This document shows, piece by piece, positions 36,593 to 48,810 of a stretch of DNA of 64,000 nucleotides; within the stretch, counting starts at the first letter, position 1; the number at the start of each line of letters is the position of its first letter. The stretch comes from Psammoneis japonica (Eukaryota): positions 62,001-126,000 of the forward strand of contig QPGO01000200.1 of assembly GCA_008632985.1 (NCBI GenBank). Direction: 5' to 3'. Both the position numbers and the translations under genes were made by a program. The notes beneath the pieces were generated by a model. The model saw only the letters and a list, made by a program, of their open reading frames with translations. It did not search any database and was not told the origin of the DNA.

Positions 36593-37242
36593 AGTGAGAC
36601 TGAAGCTTCGCCAAACTTTAATTCAACTCTCTGAGAGCTTTAAAATGAAACGTTGCGGCGGTGGTGGAGCTATTGTGGTTCACTCCCTTTTGGCGCTGGC
36701 CTTGTGTCATTTATCTGAAGCGTGTTGATCTCGTCGACGGCGGCGCTCTTCTTGAGGTCTTCTTGGTTGATGCTGTGGCCCGTTGGCATCACCTTTCATC
36801 AGTCGGCGAAACAATGCTCGGAAAACTTTCCATTCACGAAAATATTATGTTTAGACTAAAAATCGAAGTTCTATATCACTTTTTGGATTTATAGACATCT
36901 TTTATCTTTTATATAAATAATTCAATGAAAGCCGTTGAGGTCATTAACTGTTATTTGTGCCTTAATAAGGTGAAAAGTGAACATCCGTCAAATATTATAT
37001 AAGATACAAGGTTCATAATAAAAATTTGAAAGGCGAGCTTCACAAGCTGTCGTCACAACATCATCCTTTCCTCTTCCAGCTTCTGCCCATTATGCCATCC
37101 CTTCTGTCTCATCATTCTTGCTTGGATAGTGGGTTATGGGTTAGGTGTTACCGTAGGTGTCATCCCGCCCCGATGCCGATTGCTAATCACCCTAAATAGT
37201 CTCTGAGGGTTGTTAGAACATCGAACATCAGTCCTGCTTTTG

Positions 37243-38430
37243 ATGAAGTCTTCCATCCACCCAGCATTTTTTGTGCCAGCTTCTCCCTCGCCGCCCGGGC
37301 TGAAGGCTACTCTTCTTTTTTCAGTCCTCTTGCTACTTCGTGTTGCTCTTCCCATCGATGCTTTAGTTTTCCCGCAAAGAATCACTTCTTCAACGAAGGG
37401 AGGCCCAGGACCTTCTCACGCCCATCATATTGGGAATCATAGGTTGTGCGGATCAACTCATAATGTAAACCCCCGACCGAAATTTTCTGATAACGTTCTG
37501 CAATCACAGTATCCCAACTGGGAAGGGGACGACATTAGATGGACACGCAAGCTGCGACGACGCTTCAAGAAACTGAACGGGCGGTCGCTGTCAGCACGAT
37601 CCATGCTGGTATTTCTGAATGTTACTTTTTTCCTGTATCAGGTGGTCAATGCTACGTCAAACATTCGGCGTCGCTATCCACAGTATTGGCCTAGAGATGC
37701 CCTTGCAATTGTTGTCGACGTCATTTCTGGCCGCTCAATTACAGGGCCATTCACAATGGATTTTATTCACTCCACATCTTTGTCAAAGTACCAGCCACAT
37801 CGATATCTAACAGCCGGCTTCCTCCACGGTAGCATAATTCACCTTGCCGTGAATCTCAACGTACTGCTCGGACTGCCAATGTGGTTGGAATCAGGATTGG
37901 GCTGGCCTCTCTACTTGACAACTTATCTCATTTCGATCATTGTAGGAAACGCTGTTCATCGAAACCCATCATCGCTTTGTGTTGGAGCAAGTGGGGGAAT
38001 CTGTGGCCTCTACGGACTCATGTTTACAGCGCTACAGAAAATGGGAAACAAAACAGGAGTTTCCAGCATCCTCCGAAGTATGATCGTGCTTGTTTTCACT
38101 GGTTTCGTATTTGAGAACATTAGCAATGCGGGACACGTGGGTGGCTTCCTTGCCGGCTTAGCTGTGGGCTATCTCTGTGGGCCTGGATATCGAAAGAGCT
38201 ACAGCATGCGAAGAAAATGGAGTTTGGAGGTGGATGAGGCTCCCGCGGACTATCGTCAGGCCATGGGATTTGGAAATACGCCAACAAAAAGAGCTCTGAT
38301 TCCGGTTCAATTCGTTTGGGTTGCAGCCGCCTTTGCATTTCTTTCCCAGCCTAGACTGAGGTCTATTCCAAAGGTGGTATTGCGGGGCTTTCTGCACCCC
38401 GGGTCGCTTGCTGGTCCGAGATACATTTGA
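37243..38430 (+). CDS. Rhomboid-family intramembrane serine protease
   Basis: RYLTAGFLHGSIIHLAVN; catalytic GASG; ISNAGHVGG. Confidence 0.9.
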   Translation: MKSSIHPAFFVPASPSPPGLKATLLFSVLLLLRVALPIDALVFPQRITSSTKGGPGPSHAHHIGNHRLCGSTHNVNPRPKFSDNVLQSQYPNWEGDDIRWTRKLRRRFKKLNGRSLSARSMLVFLNVTFFLYQVVNATSNIRRRYPQYWPRDALAIVVDVISGRSITGPFTMDFIHSTSLSKYQPHRYLTAGFLHGSIIHLAVNLNVLLGLPMWLESGLGWPLYLTTYLISIIVGNAVHRNPSSLCVGASGGICGLYGLMFTALQKMGNKTGVSSILRSMIVLVFTGFVFENISNAGHVGGFLAGLAVGYLCGPGYRKSYSMRRKWSLEVDEAPADYRQAMGFGNTPTKRALIPVQFVWVAAAFAFLSQPRLRSIPKVVLRGFLHPGSLAGPRYI

Positions 38431-39391
38431 AACGCTCGAATTATCCGACTAGCAGCAGAGTAGTCGAAAACCTCAAACCCCATCTTCGTCAATGTTACGT
38501 CGTACATGGACCGCTAGCCTGCTCTTTCTTGCTTGTTCCACGGCGTGCTCTGTAAATTGCATCCATGCCGTTGGACGAGGAAGTGATGCCGCTGTTCGTG
38601 GGTTTTGGAGCCATGGTCTTTGACCTCGTCGAGTGTCTCGCGCGGGGGGAGGGTCGTCATCTACGGGAACAGACGTGGCCATGATGATGTTCAATGTACT
38701 CCTCGTAGTAGGATGAACTACAACGGTATTGATCATTTGGCCTGAAGAAAGTAAAGAAACGAAATCTTTTGGGGTGACAGGTGATGGGATCGCCTCGGAA
38801 ACGATCAACATCCACTGTACGTCATGTCGACTGGACGCAAACTATTGGTAGAGCTTCGTAGGCGGAGCGAGAGCGGTCTGATCTTTTTCTTACATGGAGA
38901 ATTCAGGGATATGACATAAATAAGGTACTAGCACTGAAAGCATGAATGAATCTTTTTCATTTTCTCGTTTCACAAGTACTACGCGCATACCGGTACGATT
39001 AGCGCCGCCGTTTAGGTGGGAATTAGCTTTCTTGACGAGAATCGGACAGCCATATCCCCTAATCCGTAATTGGTAGTAGCTAGACTATGTGACAGTCGTC
39101 GCACTATTGATAGACGTCTTCTTGAATGTCAAGTCAAAAAGTAACGTCTTCTTTTGCGCATGTTTCCTCTGGAAAATTCATTGTCGTCATGTCTGCAGGC
39201 TTTCGTTGAAATCACCAAGTCCTCATCCAACATCGCGTTCTAGGCTTTTTCTGAGCTGAAAGGTAAACTACTCTGCAGATATGCATCGAAGTATAGAATC
39301 ATAAAATACACCTACTACATCACTTTCATATTGTCCAATCCACTCATCTGCCACACATGTATACGGTACTAATCTCTGCGGAATTCTCTCT

Positions 39392-39861
39392 CTAGATTCC
39401 GTATCCACCCGAAATGCGGATCTCGTTCTCTTCTTTCTTGTAGGTAACAGTGACATGATTCCCCTTCAAAACAAGAGTATCGTATCGAATACTGGCGGTG
39501 ACGTACGTGCCCAAGATCTCGTCTTGAAAGCGGTCTAGAGGGATCTTTCCTCCTTTGGTCTTGTCCTTGTCCTCGAGGTTCATGAAAGCACGAAAGGTCG
39601 GTTCGTCGCAAATCGAAGTCCAAGAGAAACGCGCGGCACCAGTCTTGCATTTAGGCTTCCACTTCATCTGCTTCTTGATCTGTTGGCTTGCCATGGTTCG
39701 TAGACGAGAAGCCTTTGGGCAACTTTCTCGGGGTCAATTGACGGCGCCGCCACCTTTGCCTTTTTCAAGGCTTGGATGGTTTCATCACGCTTGGTGAGCT
39801 CAGAAATGAGCTCGGCCTTGGACATGTCATCGTACAGACGTTTGTTCGTAACGTTCTCCAT
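39392..39861 (-). CDS. Small hypothetical protein with an apparent 1-nt frameshift near 39718
   Basis: ORFs 39664..39861 and 39392..39694 join as ..PEKVAQ(K)ASRLRTMASQQIKKQMKW.. if one base is added in caaag. Confidence 0.6.
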
Positions 39862-40483
39862 CGTAATGCTCTTCTCTCGTGTTTTTGTGGTGTCGTGTTG
39901 ATGGAGTTTGTGTCAAGGGGTGAAAAGCTGGGCGACGGAAAAGGTCGAAATAAAATGGCGCGCTCCGTCTGCCCATCGTAGCGATTGCCGCGCCAGAGAA
40001 GATCCCCACGTACGTGCGTCGATCTTCAACACATGGTGACGTAGCACAGCCAATCAAAAGGAGTTTACGAAGAACACCATCGACAGGCATCAAAGACATC
40101 CGCCGATGCGAGGCACACGATGTGAGAAAGAACAACAACAACCATCCCCATCACTACTCTAGACTACTACAGTACCGGTACTTCTTGCCATCAAGGGACC
40201 CACATCAAGCGAGGGCCAAAAAACAACCATCGTCTACAACTTGTACATTTCCAATTATTTTTTGTGTTGTTATCGTTCTTCATAATGCTCTGCGCTCAAA
40301 GAATGCTGCGCTGTTCAACAAGGCGACCTGATGCTGTGAGGTCAAGAGCGGCGGGTGCGGCTAAAGCACGTCAGCCTCAATGCTCCTTTCGCGGGATCTG
40401 TTCGACGTCCGAGCGACAGGTAAGTGCACTCGGAATGTTCTCTGCTCAGTCAGCAGTCAGCAGCACTCTCCTGTTTGAGTCTC

Positions 40484-41224
40484 ATGATGTTTGCCACTTT
40501 CAATGTTCGTCTTCAGAATGGTTCTGTCTCTCAAGCATCGGTTCAAATCAGGCATACTGATACTGGTAACGAAGGTGGCGAGCAAGTCTATAAAAAGGCG
40601 TTTATGCGGGAATTCGATGAGGTATGTACAGTGGTGTCGTGTGCTTTCGTCTGATCCGGTTGTAATTCTCATCATGATGTTGTGATCTTCGTTTCCGACT
40701 TGTGTTTGCAGAATGAGTCCTTTCGCAACTCCATGGCATACTCTCTCGCCTTTGCCGATTCAGAAGGCGCTCACCACAAAATGGCTTTTGCGAAACTTCC
40801 TACTGATCTCATGCGAGAGCAGCTTAGCATGGCGGCTCTCTTTCAATCCGAGTTTGATCATCGCGCACTTCCCCACACGTTGGAAGAGGCTCTGCGTCCT
40901 TCGAATCGAGCTATTGTCATTACAGAGACCAAGAGGCCTTTCAGAGTTGTTGATGTAAACGAAGCTTGGGAAGGCTTGTGTGGCTACTCTTTTCTAGAAA
41001 GCCAGGGAAAAACCTTGGGCAGTTTGTTGCGTGGACCCGAAACGGATCCAGCTTCAGTCACTGCTCTCATGTCTCAATTGTTGCGAGGAGAGGAAGCTGG
41101 AACAGTTCTCACAAACTACAAAAAAGATGGAACCAAGTTTCAAAACCATATTCGTGTAGGTCCACTGATGAACAACGAAGGAATGCTGAGCCATTATGTT
41201 GGAGTGTTGCAAGAAATTCATTGA
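40484..41224 (+). CDS. PAS-domain (LOV-like) protein lacking the flavin-adduct cysteine; intron 40622-40712
   Basis: AIVITE..VDVNEAWEGLCGYS..GKTLGSLLRGPETD..LTNYKKDGTKFQN..HYVGV. A GT-AG intron joins exon MMFATF..FDE to NESFRN. Confidence 0.85.
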
Positions 41225-41829
41225 GCACGATTGTGCGGGAAACCGTGTTTGGATTTATGTTCTCGCTACTTTACCAGCTATCATACCGGTAGTAGACTAT
41301 ATGAAACGGCGTTATACCTTTTCCACTCTACATGTACGAACACTTAGAGGGCACGTTGCCTAGTCTAATTAGTTTTTGAGTTTCTTGTAAGGTTACCGGT
41401 ACAGTACGTAGTTAGAGATCGACTCGTTCCAACGGAACGAAAGAGGGTACAATAGCTCTACAGAGACACAGAAGATAGAGCACCCAGCTTCGCCTAATGT
41501 TTCATGCATCGACGACGACGAATAGGTACTTAGGACTTAGGGCCCTAGGCCTTCGCCTTGTATGGTGCCAGAGTTAGTAGAGAGAGGGCTATCAACCATC
41601 GTCTAATTCTAAATATGATTTGGCTACAGAGTGAGCTTTGTTTGTGTGTCGGCATCCGTGGAGTGTTGGTGACCGTCCTGACTGACCGACCACCGACAAC
41701 CCGCCCTGATGTCTGTCTTTGCATCCCGCGCTTCCTATTCGCACTCATTCAACATATTCACGCTCTAAAATATGGTATGTTATTCAGCTTGTGCGACCTG
41801 ACTCAACAATACAGTACGACGCTTCCACC

Positions 41830-42997
41830 ATGGCGGCGAGCAACTATTCCGATGCAGGTCCCTTGCATGCACCTGATCAGGAACCGTGCTCTTCAGAAAT
41901 GTCTGATGCCTCTGTTGATTCCGCAGCTGATGCAGTTGACATGGATCGAACGAGCAAAACCGATGCCGACGGTATGTTGTTTTCGTTGCCTTTTTCGGTG
42001 GTTCTGAACGCATTGCTTCTAATTTGTTTTCTTCACTTGCGTCTTTCGTCACCTATTTCCTGAAGTAAAAACATATGGAACGTCTTATTCAACTCTTGGC
42101 ACTATTCTCCCATTTACTGGCTTGTTGGTATGGCCGCTCATGATGTTTCTACCTCTGCTTCTTTCATCGCCCCTGAGCCCGACTTCGTATGCTTCCGTGT
42201 TTCCGTCGAGCTGGTATGAATACGACGCGAAAAACAAGGAGGAATGGCCTCGACCACTTGGTCTTTCCTTGGGAATTCTTGCCGTTGCTGTTGGTCAAGT
42301 GTTTGTGTTGGCTTACTTTTATCTGCACAAGTATGGCTACCTTTCGCTGGGTGTGGAGCCAACTCCGATTCAAACCAAAGGAGCGCCGTCGTATCAATTC
42401 TCAGAGGGCGTTACAACTCACTTGTCTCAGCCGGAAGGATTTGTTTTGCTAACCGGCTATCTCACGACCACGTGGATGTTCCATCTCATGCCGGCGACCT
42501 ACTACAGCTTCGAGGGGAGCATCATGTGGAAAGAGTTGGCTCTGTGTTTAGTTATTCAGGATGGGGTTCAATTCGTTATGCACCGTCTGGAGCACGTGGT
42601 ATCTCCTACCTTTTATCAGAAGTCTCACAAACCGCATCACAGATTTACAAACCCTCGATTGTTTGATGCCTTCAACGGCAGCCTGGCGGACACCTTTTTC
42701 ATGATCTTGGTTCCGCTCTACTCGACTGCCAATATCGTCCGCAACTGTAATGTTTGGACGTATATGGCGTTTGGTTCAACCTATGCCAATTGGCTTACGC
42801 TTATTCACGCAGAATATGTGCTGCCGTGGGACGGAGTCTTTCGTCGGTTGGGGTTGGGAACCTCAGGAGACCACCATGTTCACCACAAGTTTTTCAAATA
42901 CAACTATGGGCACCTCTTTATGTGGTTCGACCAGATTTCTGGGACATACCGGAATCCAAAGGAATTTACCAAACGAGCTTTCAATGAAGGCGCGTGA
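41830..42997 (+). CDS. Fatty acid hydroxylase/sterol desaturase family protein; probable intron ~41972-42065
   Basis: His boxes HRLEH, HKPHH and HHVHH; YNYG..WFD..GTY. The 5' exon is tentative because the splice phase is off by one base. Confidence 0.85.
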
Positions 42998-43420
42998 GCA
43001 GGGTTGGGCCTTTTGTTGTTTGAGGGACTCTGCGTGAAGTTCACGCTAGAGTCGGTGTTAGTAGCGGAGCCCAGCTCTATAGTGTACTTTTAGAATCATC
43101 ACTGCATGAAAGTCTTCACTCAATTCATGTTCCGTACTGTAGGGCTTTTATGAGCTCGGAGCTCCCTCTAGCCTCTAGAGTAGAGTGACCTTACCAGACG
43201 GCACGGTACATACCCCTGTATCGTGAGTGAGAGCTATGGTTCAGTACGCAACTGCCGTAGAATTCCACGAAGGGAACCTTCGACGTGCACGCACTCACGC
43301 ACTTTCAACTTGTGGCCTAGCGAGAACTTCACAGTCCAGTTGTTGGGTGTTCGTACGTATTGTGTCTCTTCGAAAGTATCCTTGGGGCATTGGAAGTGTG
43401 CAGTATACGGCAAGAGAGAA

Positions 43421-44848
43421 ATGACAGACCTTACCGTCTATGCAGAGGCGCTGATTGCAACAGTGGCAAGAGCGTTTTACGACGATGATGCCATTTGTTT
43501 GATTGATGTTTTATTGAGAGACAAATTTCTCCGAGACGATGACATGGCACCTCGGTTGTCGCTTCCGGCCAAACAGTTGCGAAGGACGCTCCAATTCTTA
43601 CAGGAAGAGCACTTGGTGAAGTTCGAGCTGGTGGATGACTTGAGTTCAGGTGGAAGTCAGGCTACCAAGTTTTGGTACATTGATTATAACCATGCCGTCA
43701 ATACCATACGATTGCGCATTCATCTGTTACAGAGAAAACTTGAGAAGGATGAAATGGCTGCGCGGTCAAGCAGCTTTTACCTTTGCCCTGGATACAAAGA
43801 AAAGCGATGCAATGGACGATACACCGAGACCGAAGCACAGCAGGTAGTGGATCTAGAGACCGGCTTATTTCTGTGTCAGGAGTGTGTCAATGACTATGCC
43901 AACAACCCAAGTCCGCCATCAAAGGAAACGTATACGCTGCGCTTGGTGGATAACACAGCCGCCCTCAAGCTTGCTGTAGATAACATGCGTCGAGTTAAGG
44001 TACAGCTTTCGACGAAAATGGTTGGGAACCACCAGCTTCGAGCCGGTATCTTTGACCTGCTGCAGAAGGTTAGGGTCAAAGGAAAAGGACCTCTTACGTC
44101 CAACCTTCCTTCAGAAAACTTTCAATTGGGTATCGGCTCAAAGCGATTGGCGGGGACGGGACGAACTGCAGGGAATCTGGCAAAGAAATTGGCACAGCAG
44201 GGCGTCGTTTCCAAATCGGAATCGGGCTCAATTTTGGGCGGCGCAAGACGCACAGAAGAGGGGAGCGGCCCGTTGTTTTTGAAGAATGCAATGGGACAGC
44301 AAATTCAACTCAAAGTGGAAAAAGGCGGTGGTGCAAGGGCAAACCTTCTGGCGACCAACCGACGGCGCCGAAGAAAGCTTATGGACGCTGCGGCCACAAG
44401 AGCCGGAATCCACGTGCCTCTTTACTGGAAAATGAGAGAACAGAAAAAGCGAGAAAGAGAGGAGAAAGACGGACAAACCGGTGCAAAGAAGGCACGTACA
44501 GAATTCGCAACTCTTGACTTTTTAAAGAATAACATCGGGCGCAAGGATGACTACGAAGAAAGACACGACCTACAAAAGCAAAATATTCAAGAAGAGGTAG
44601 TTTGCGACGACTCAGACGAAGAGACCGATGCTCTCGTTTTGATTGATGATGTAGACATCTTGCTATCAAAGACAGAGGAAGAGCGCCGAACGATTTTCCA
44701 GGCACAGTACAAGCTAGAAGTTGAGAGACAGTTGGCATTGCTGCAACCGGAGCTCTACGAGACTACGGAGAACTCCAATCCTCCAACTCTTGTTGCGGAC
44801 GATGGAGTCGACGAAGATTTCATTAATATCCCCTGGGAAGATGCATAG
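43421..44848 (+). CDS. TFA1: Transcription initiation factor TFIIE alpha subunit
   Basis: TVARAFY..LLRDK..LR..L..L (winged helix); WYIDY; zinc ribbon YLCP..C..Y..FLCQEC; C-terminal WED. Confidence 0.88.
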   Translation: MTDLTVYAEALIATVARAFYDDDAICLIDVLLRDKFLRDDDMAPRLSLPAKQLRRTLQFLQEEHLVKFELVDDLSSGGSQATKFWYIDYNHAVNTIRLRIHLLQRKLEKDEMAARSSSFYLCPGYKEKRCNGRYTETEAQQVVDLETGLFLCQECVNDYANNPSPPSKETYTLRLVDNTAALKLAVDNMRRVKVQLSTKMVGNHQLRAGIFDLLQKVRVKGKGPLTSNLPSENFQLGIGSKRLAGTGRTAGNLAKKLAQQGVVSKSESGSILGGARRTEEGSGPLFLKNAMGQQIQLKVEKGGGARANLLATNRRRRRKLMDAAATRAGIHVPLYWKMREQKKREREEKDGQTGAKKARTEFATLDFLKNNIGRKDDYEERHDLQKQNIQEEVVCDDSDEETDALVLIDDVDILLSKTEEERRTIFQAQYKLEVERQLALLQPELYETTENSNPPTLVADDGVDEDFINIPWEDA

Positions 44849-47800
44849 CTGCTATGAATTCAATGGTAGTGATTGTTCGCAATGCAATCCGAACGACGCC
44901 TGTGCATTCTGGAACAATGCGCCATCGTGTCTTCCCCTGGCTCTTGATTGGCCAAGGTGGCCAGTTTGAGAATTTCTTCAACCAGGCGGCTTTGCCCTAC
45001 TCCTTGGCCTGGTGCAGGTGCATTCCAAAAGAAGCTTGGCTCAGTCCATGAAAGCAACTGCCGCCTCGTCTCCGACATGCTTCCGGTGAGACTCGTCTTC
45101 TTCAACACGCCCCAAACACTCTCACACGAAAGACAAGGCGTCTGTAACAGTACTTACGATTCGGTCGCACAGTATGTGCATGGTGATAGTAATCAGATAT
45201 GTAGTTCCCTTTAGGTTTACCTATGTGATGTTGAAGAAAGCCATCTGTAGCTGTCGCTGATGTTGACAACTGTGCGATACATGTGCACCGTTTTTGTCCA
45301 TAGGATTGCTTTCGTTTTCACAACTACGAAACAGTCATGCTTGTGGATGAATCTAGAGTCCCATCTCCAGATCAGGCCAGATGCTGTGTTTAAATTGACC
45401 AGGTATGGAGAAACTCTAGCTAGCTTTGTGTCCATGTTAGAGGCCAAAATCACGTCAACAGAAGGGAACACAGCAAAATACAATGAAGGATGGATGAGGA
45501 GGGATTGTGTGACCTTTGGTGACATGCACCACAATGACAACGTTTCACATAAATGCCACTTTTGTTCTTCAAAGGCCAGAGCAAATGACACTCTACTGCT
45601 CTCTAGCAGAAGCAGCTGCCTGGTGCTGCAGCACTCTAGAGCAGAGAGCCGATGAAGCTCTACTCCAGCAGCCAAGTGAGTGCTGCAGCTTGAGAGTTGT
45701 GCATGAGAAAACAGCTTCAGAACTGCTGAAGTGCCGTTTCTTTCCTTTCCATTGCAAAACAGTTTGAATTCCCACCACTGGCCTGCAGCCATGATTGCCA
45801 GGCAAGCATGAACCAGACCAGAAAGTTGGGGTTGTGTGAGTGCAGCAGTCAATGACCATTTCGTGTCCGTTGATCACCTTTGCCTGAGCACTTCCTGCAT
45901 CCTCTCTTGCACGAGTCCTGGTTTTGACAAATTGATCCTGCAGTTGGACTCATTTGAGGAAAGTGACAATGCAACAAATTTTGTCAACAATGTGCCAATG
46001 CTGGCAGGTTGCATCATTGACATTGAGTTCTTCAAGAAAAGATTGCTGGATGGTGCTTCTCGCTGGCATCCCCATCATCCTGCATGCAATCCTCCTGGTG
46101 CAGCTTTTCAAGACCCCTTGTCAAACCCCAGCGAGTGTTTTAGATTTGAGGACAATGGTCATGATGAGAAGTCACTCCATTTCACAGTGGTGAGTGCAAC
46201 TTTTGCTGTGGGTTTCTGCTTCCTTGTCATTTTGTGGAAGTTTGCCACTCTTCAGCAGCAGAATCAGATTCAACTCATCTGGCTTTCATGCAATTACACA
46301 ACAGTCCTTGCTGAGCAGCAAAGATTGGCAAGCAACCTTCTTGAATCAAAGCCAGTTGACTCCAATGTTTCAAAGTCCCAATTTCATGCATCGTGTGTGG
46401 TTTCTGGCCCCTTTTGTCTCAGCTCTGGACACTGGCCTGCAATTTGGAGGTCGTCACTTGGGCGTCATTTCCAACACCAACATTGCTGCTCATGTTGCTG
46501 GCAAGTCTGTTTTTGTGAACTGGTTCCTTGACTTTTCTTTCATTGTGTCCACAGCAAGGATGGGCCAAAACAGCAAAAACAACGTTGCAGTTCTTGTCCT
46601 CATCTTTTCCAGCTTTTGGCCGCACCTCAAGTTGGTGTCTGGCCTGTGCTGTTCTTTCTGCCACCAACACAACTTGGTGTGTCAAAATGGGAGACAATGA
46701 CTTTGCTTTGGCTTGATGTTCTCTCAAAGTTGTCAGTCGTTGACATGTTCTTTGCTGTCCTGCCAGCCATTGCAGTGCTCGACTTGTCATTTGTGCTGGC
46801 AGGCCCAACAAAAGGTTTTCAAACAAAGGCAATCCTTTTCATGTGAAATCAGTGGTGGCACCACAGGGTCATTGGAGCTGGACAATGCAGGTGAAATGCT
46901 GAAAATGGTGTGCACAGGGATGGGATCCATCAAGAGTGGTGAGAGTGCAGAGATTCCCAATGGGGCTGCTCTTGTTGCAGCAACTCTGGAGCCATGCACA
47001 TCCCACAACTGATGTGCACCACCAACATGATTCCAAATCCATCACGTCACTTCTGCTTTCACCAGCAGTGTTTGAGGGAAGCATGGTGGTGACATGATTG
47101 CAGCCACCCTTGTGAGCAACTTGCAACAGCATGCTGCATTGGCTGTGTGTGGGGATGAGTGAGAAGAGAGAAGAGTTTGGGGAGAGTGAAAAGAACAAGA
47201 GCAACAATTCACAATGATGACAACAACAACAATGACAAACATGACTTGACTGTGGTGGGGACAATCCACTTTCCACTCTAGTGTGGTGGCTTTGACAAGG
47301 ATGAGGCCCAACACCCAACAGGCACACTCCTGATGAGCATGTGGCAGGGCCTGGCCAGCTGGATGAGGCCATTGGCAGGTGTTTTTCACCTGTGGGCAGA
47401 GCATTTGAAAATGAGAAAGAAGGATGGGACTTCCCAGAGAATTGTGCACATTTTCCTGTGCAGAATTAGAGAGACCCATCAACCACACATGACTGCCAGC
47501 AGACCATTTTCAAATCCTTTTTTGAATGCCATGCATCCGGGTTTGATTCTGTTTCAGCACCATGTGGAAGCAACAGCAGCAAGGCAAACTGAAAAAGACT
47601 CAACTCTTGATTTCAACTTGCCTTTGGAGCAAAGTCATTTTCATCAATGATCAATGAGATGCGATTGCTCAACAGCAATGCAGCTGCTGCAAGAGTCTTC
47701 TGGGGTGGGATCCAGCTGAAGCTGTTGGGTGCCTTGGGCAAGACACATCATCACAATCAGCACATCAAAACCATGCAGTGTGCTCTCATGCACAAACAAT

Positions 47801-48279
47801 TTGTCCTTGTTGTGGAGTCAAGTTCATGCAGTGACTTTCATTTTGCTGGCATCCATGGCTTGCAGGCAATGCCATGGAAATTGCACCAAAATTCAGATTG
47901 TTGGTCCTGCAAATGTGAGACCATGCAAAAGAGCCAAGTGTTTGCAAGTTTGAGAGTGAGAACAAGAGAGAAACAGAGACATTGCACAAAATGCAAAAGT
48001 GGCTCACCTTCAATTCATTCTCAGCCCTCCCCTTCCACACTTCATTTTGCAACTCCCACTGTTGTCATTTTAACACAAACAAACAAGTGCAAAGAAAATG
48101 CACAGCACTTGAAATGAGAAGCATGCCACTTCAAATGCTCTTTTCAAATGCTCCATTTTTCCATTGTGGCAAAGTGCGGAGAGTCTTTCAACTCACCTCC
48201 TGGTTCTTGTTGAGTTTTTTTCAACTCGCCTCATGACACCCATGCTGAAGCCACACAAGCCTCTGGCACAGGCAAACTG

Positions 48280-48810
48280 AGAATTTGCCCCCATTTGAAA
48301 GACATGACCTGCCCACAAATCTGCCACCATCCTGAACTTTCATGAACAGTCTAATTCCACCACCACCCTAAAAATTCAGGACTGCAGTGGCCAGCAGCAA
48401 CCACCATGGCTTAAGTTCACAACTGCAATTCTGTCATGTCACGCAACACTGTGATGGTGTCCAACCAGCCTGAATTTGCCACCATCCTAAAAATTTGCCA
48501 CTGGCTTAAATTCATGACTTGCACAAATCCGCCACCATTCTAAAAATTCACAACTGACCCTGATTCACAACTGGCATAAATTCGCCACCATCCTGCACAA
48601 TTTACGACTGGCCTGAATTCACAACTGGTCCAACTCCGCCACCTGTCATGTGGCAACAGGACCCTAAATTCATGACTGGCCCAAATCCACCGCCATCCTA
48701 AAAAGTTCATGACTGGCCTGAATTCACAACTGTCCCAACTTCACCACCATCATAAAAAGCTCATGACTGGCCTGAACTCACAACTGCCCAAAACTCTGCC
48801 ACCTGTCACT
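48280..48810. repeat. Degenerate tandem array of ~40-55 bp units
   Basis: Recurring ccgccaccatcctaaaaattca(c/t)gactggcctgaattcacaactggcccaaa. Confidence 0.85.

Noticed and set aside
38473..38811. 112-aa minus-strand ORF
   Set aside because: No recognisable motif; could be a small gene or exon but cannot be supported.
40484..41224. Aureochrome or phototropin
   Set aside because: No bZIP or kinase domain and no NCRFLQ motif.
48280..48810. Possible CRISPR-like array
   Set aside because: Units are degenerate and contiguous without unique spacers; no cas genes; eukaryotic context.
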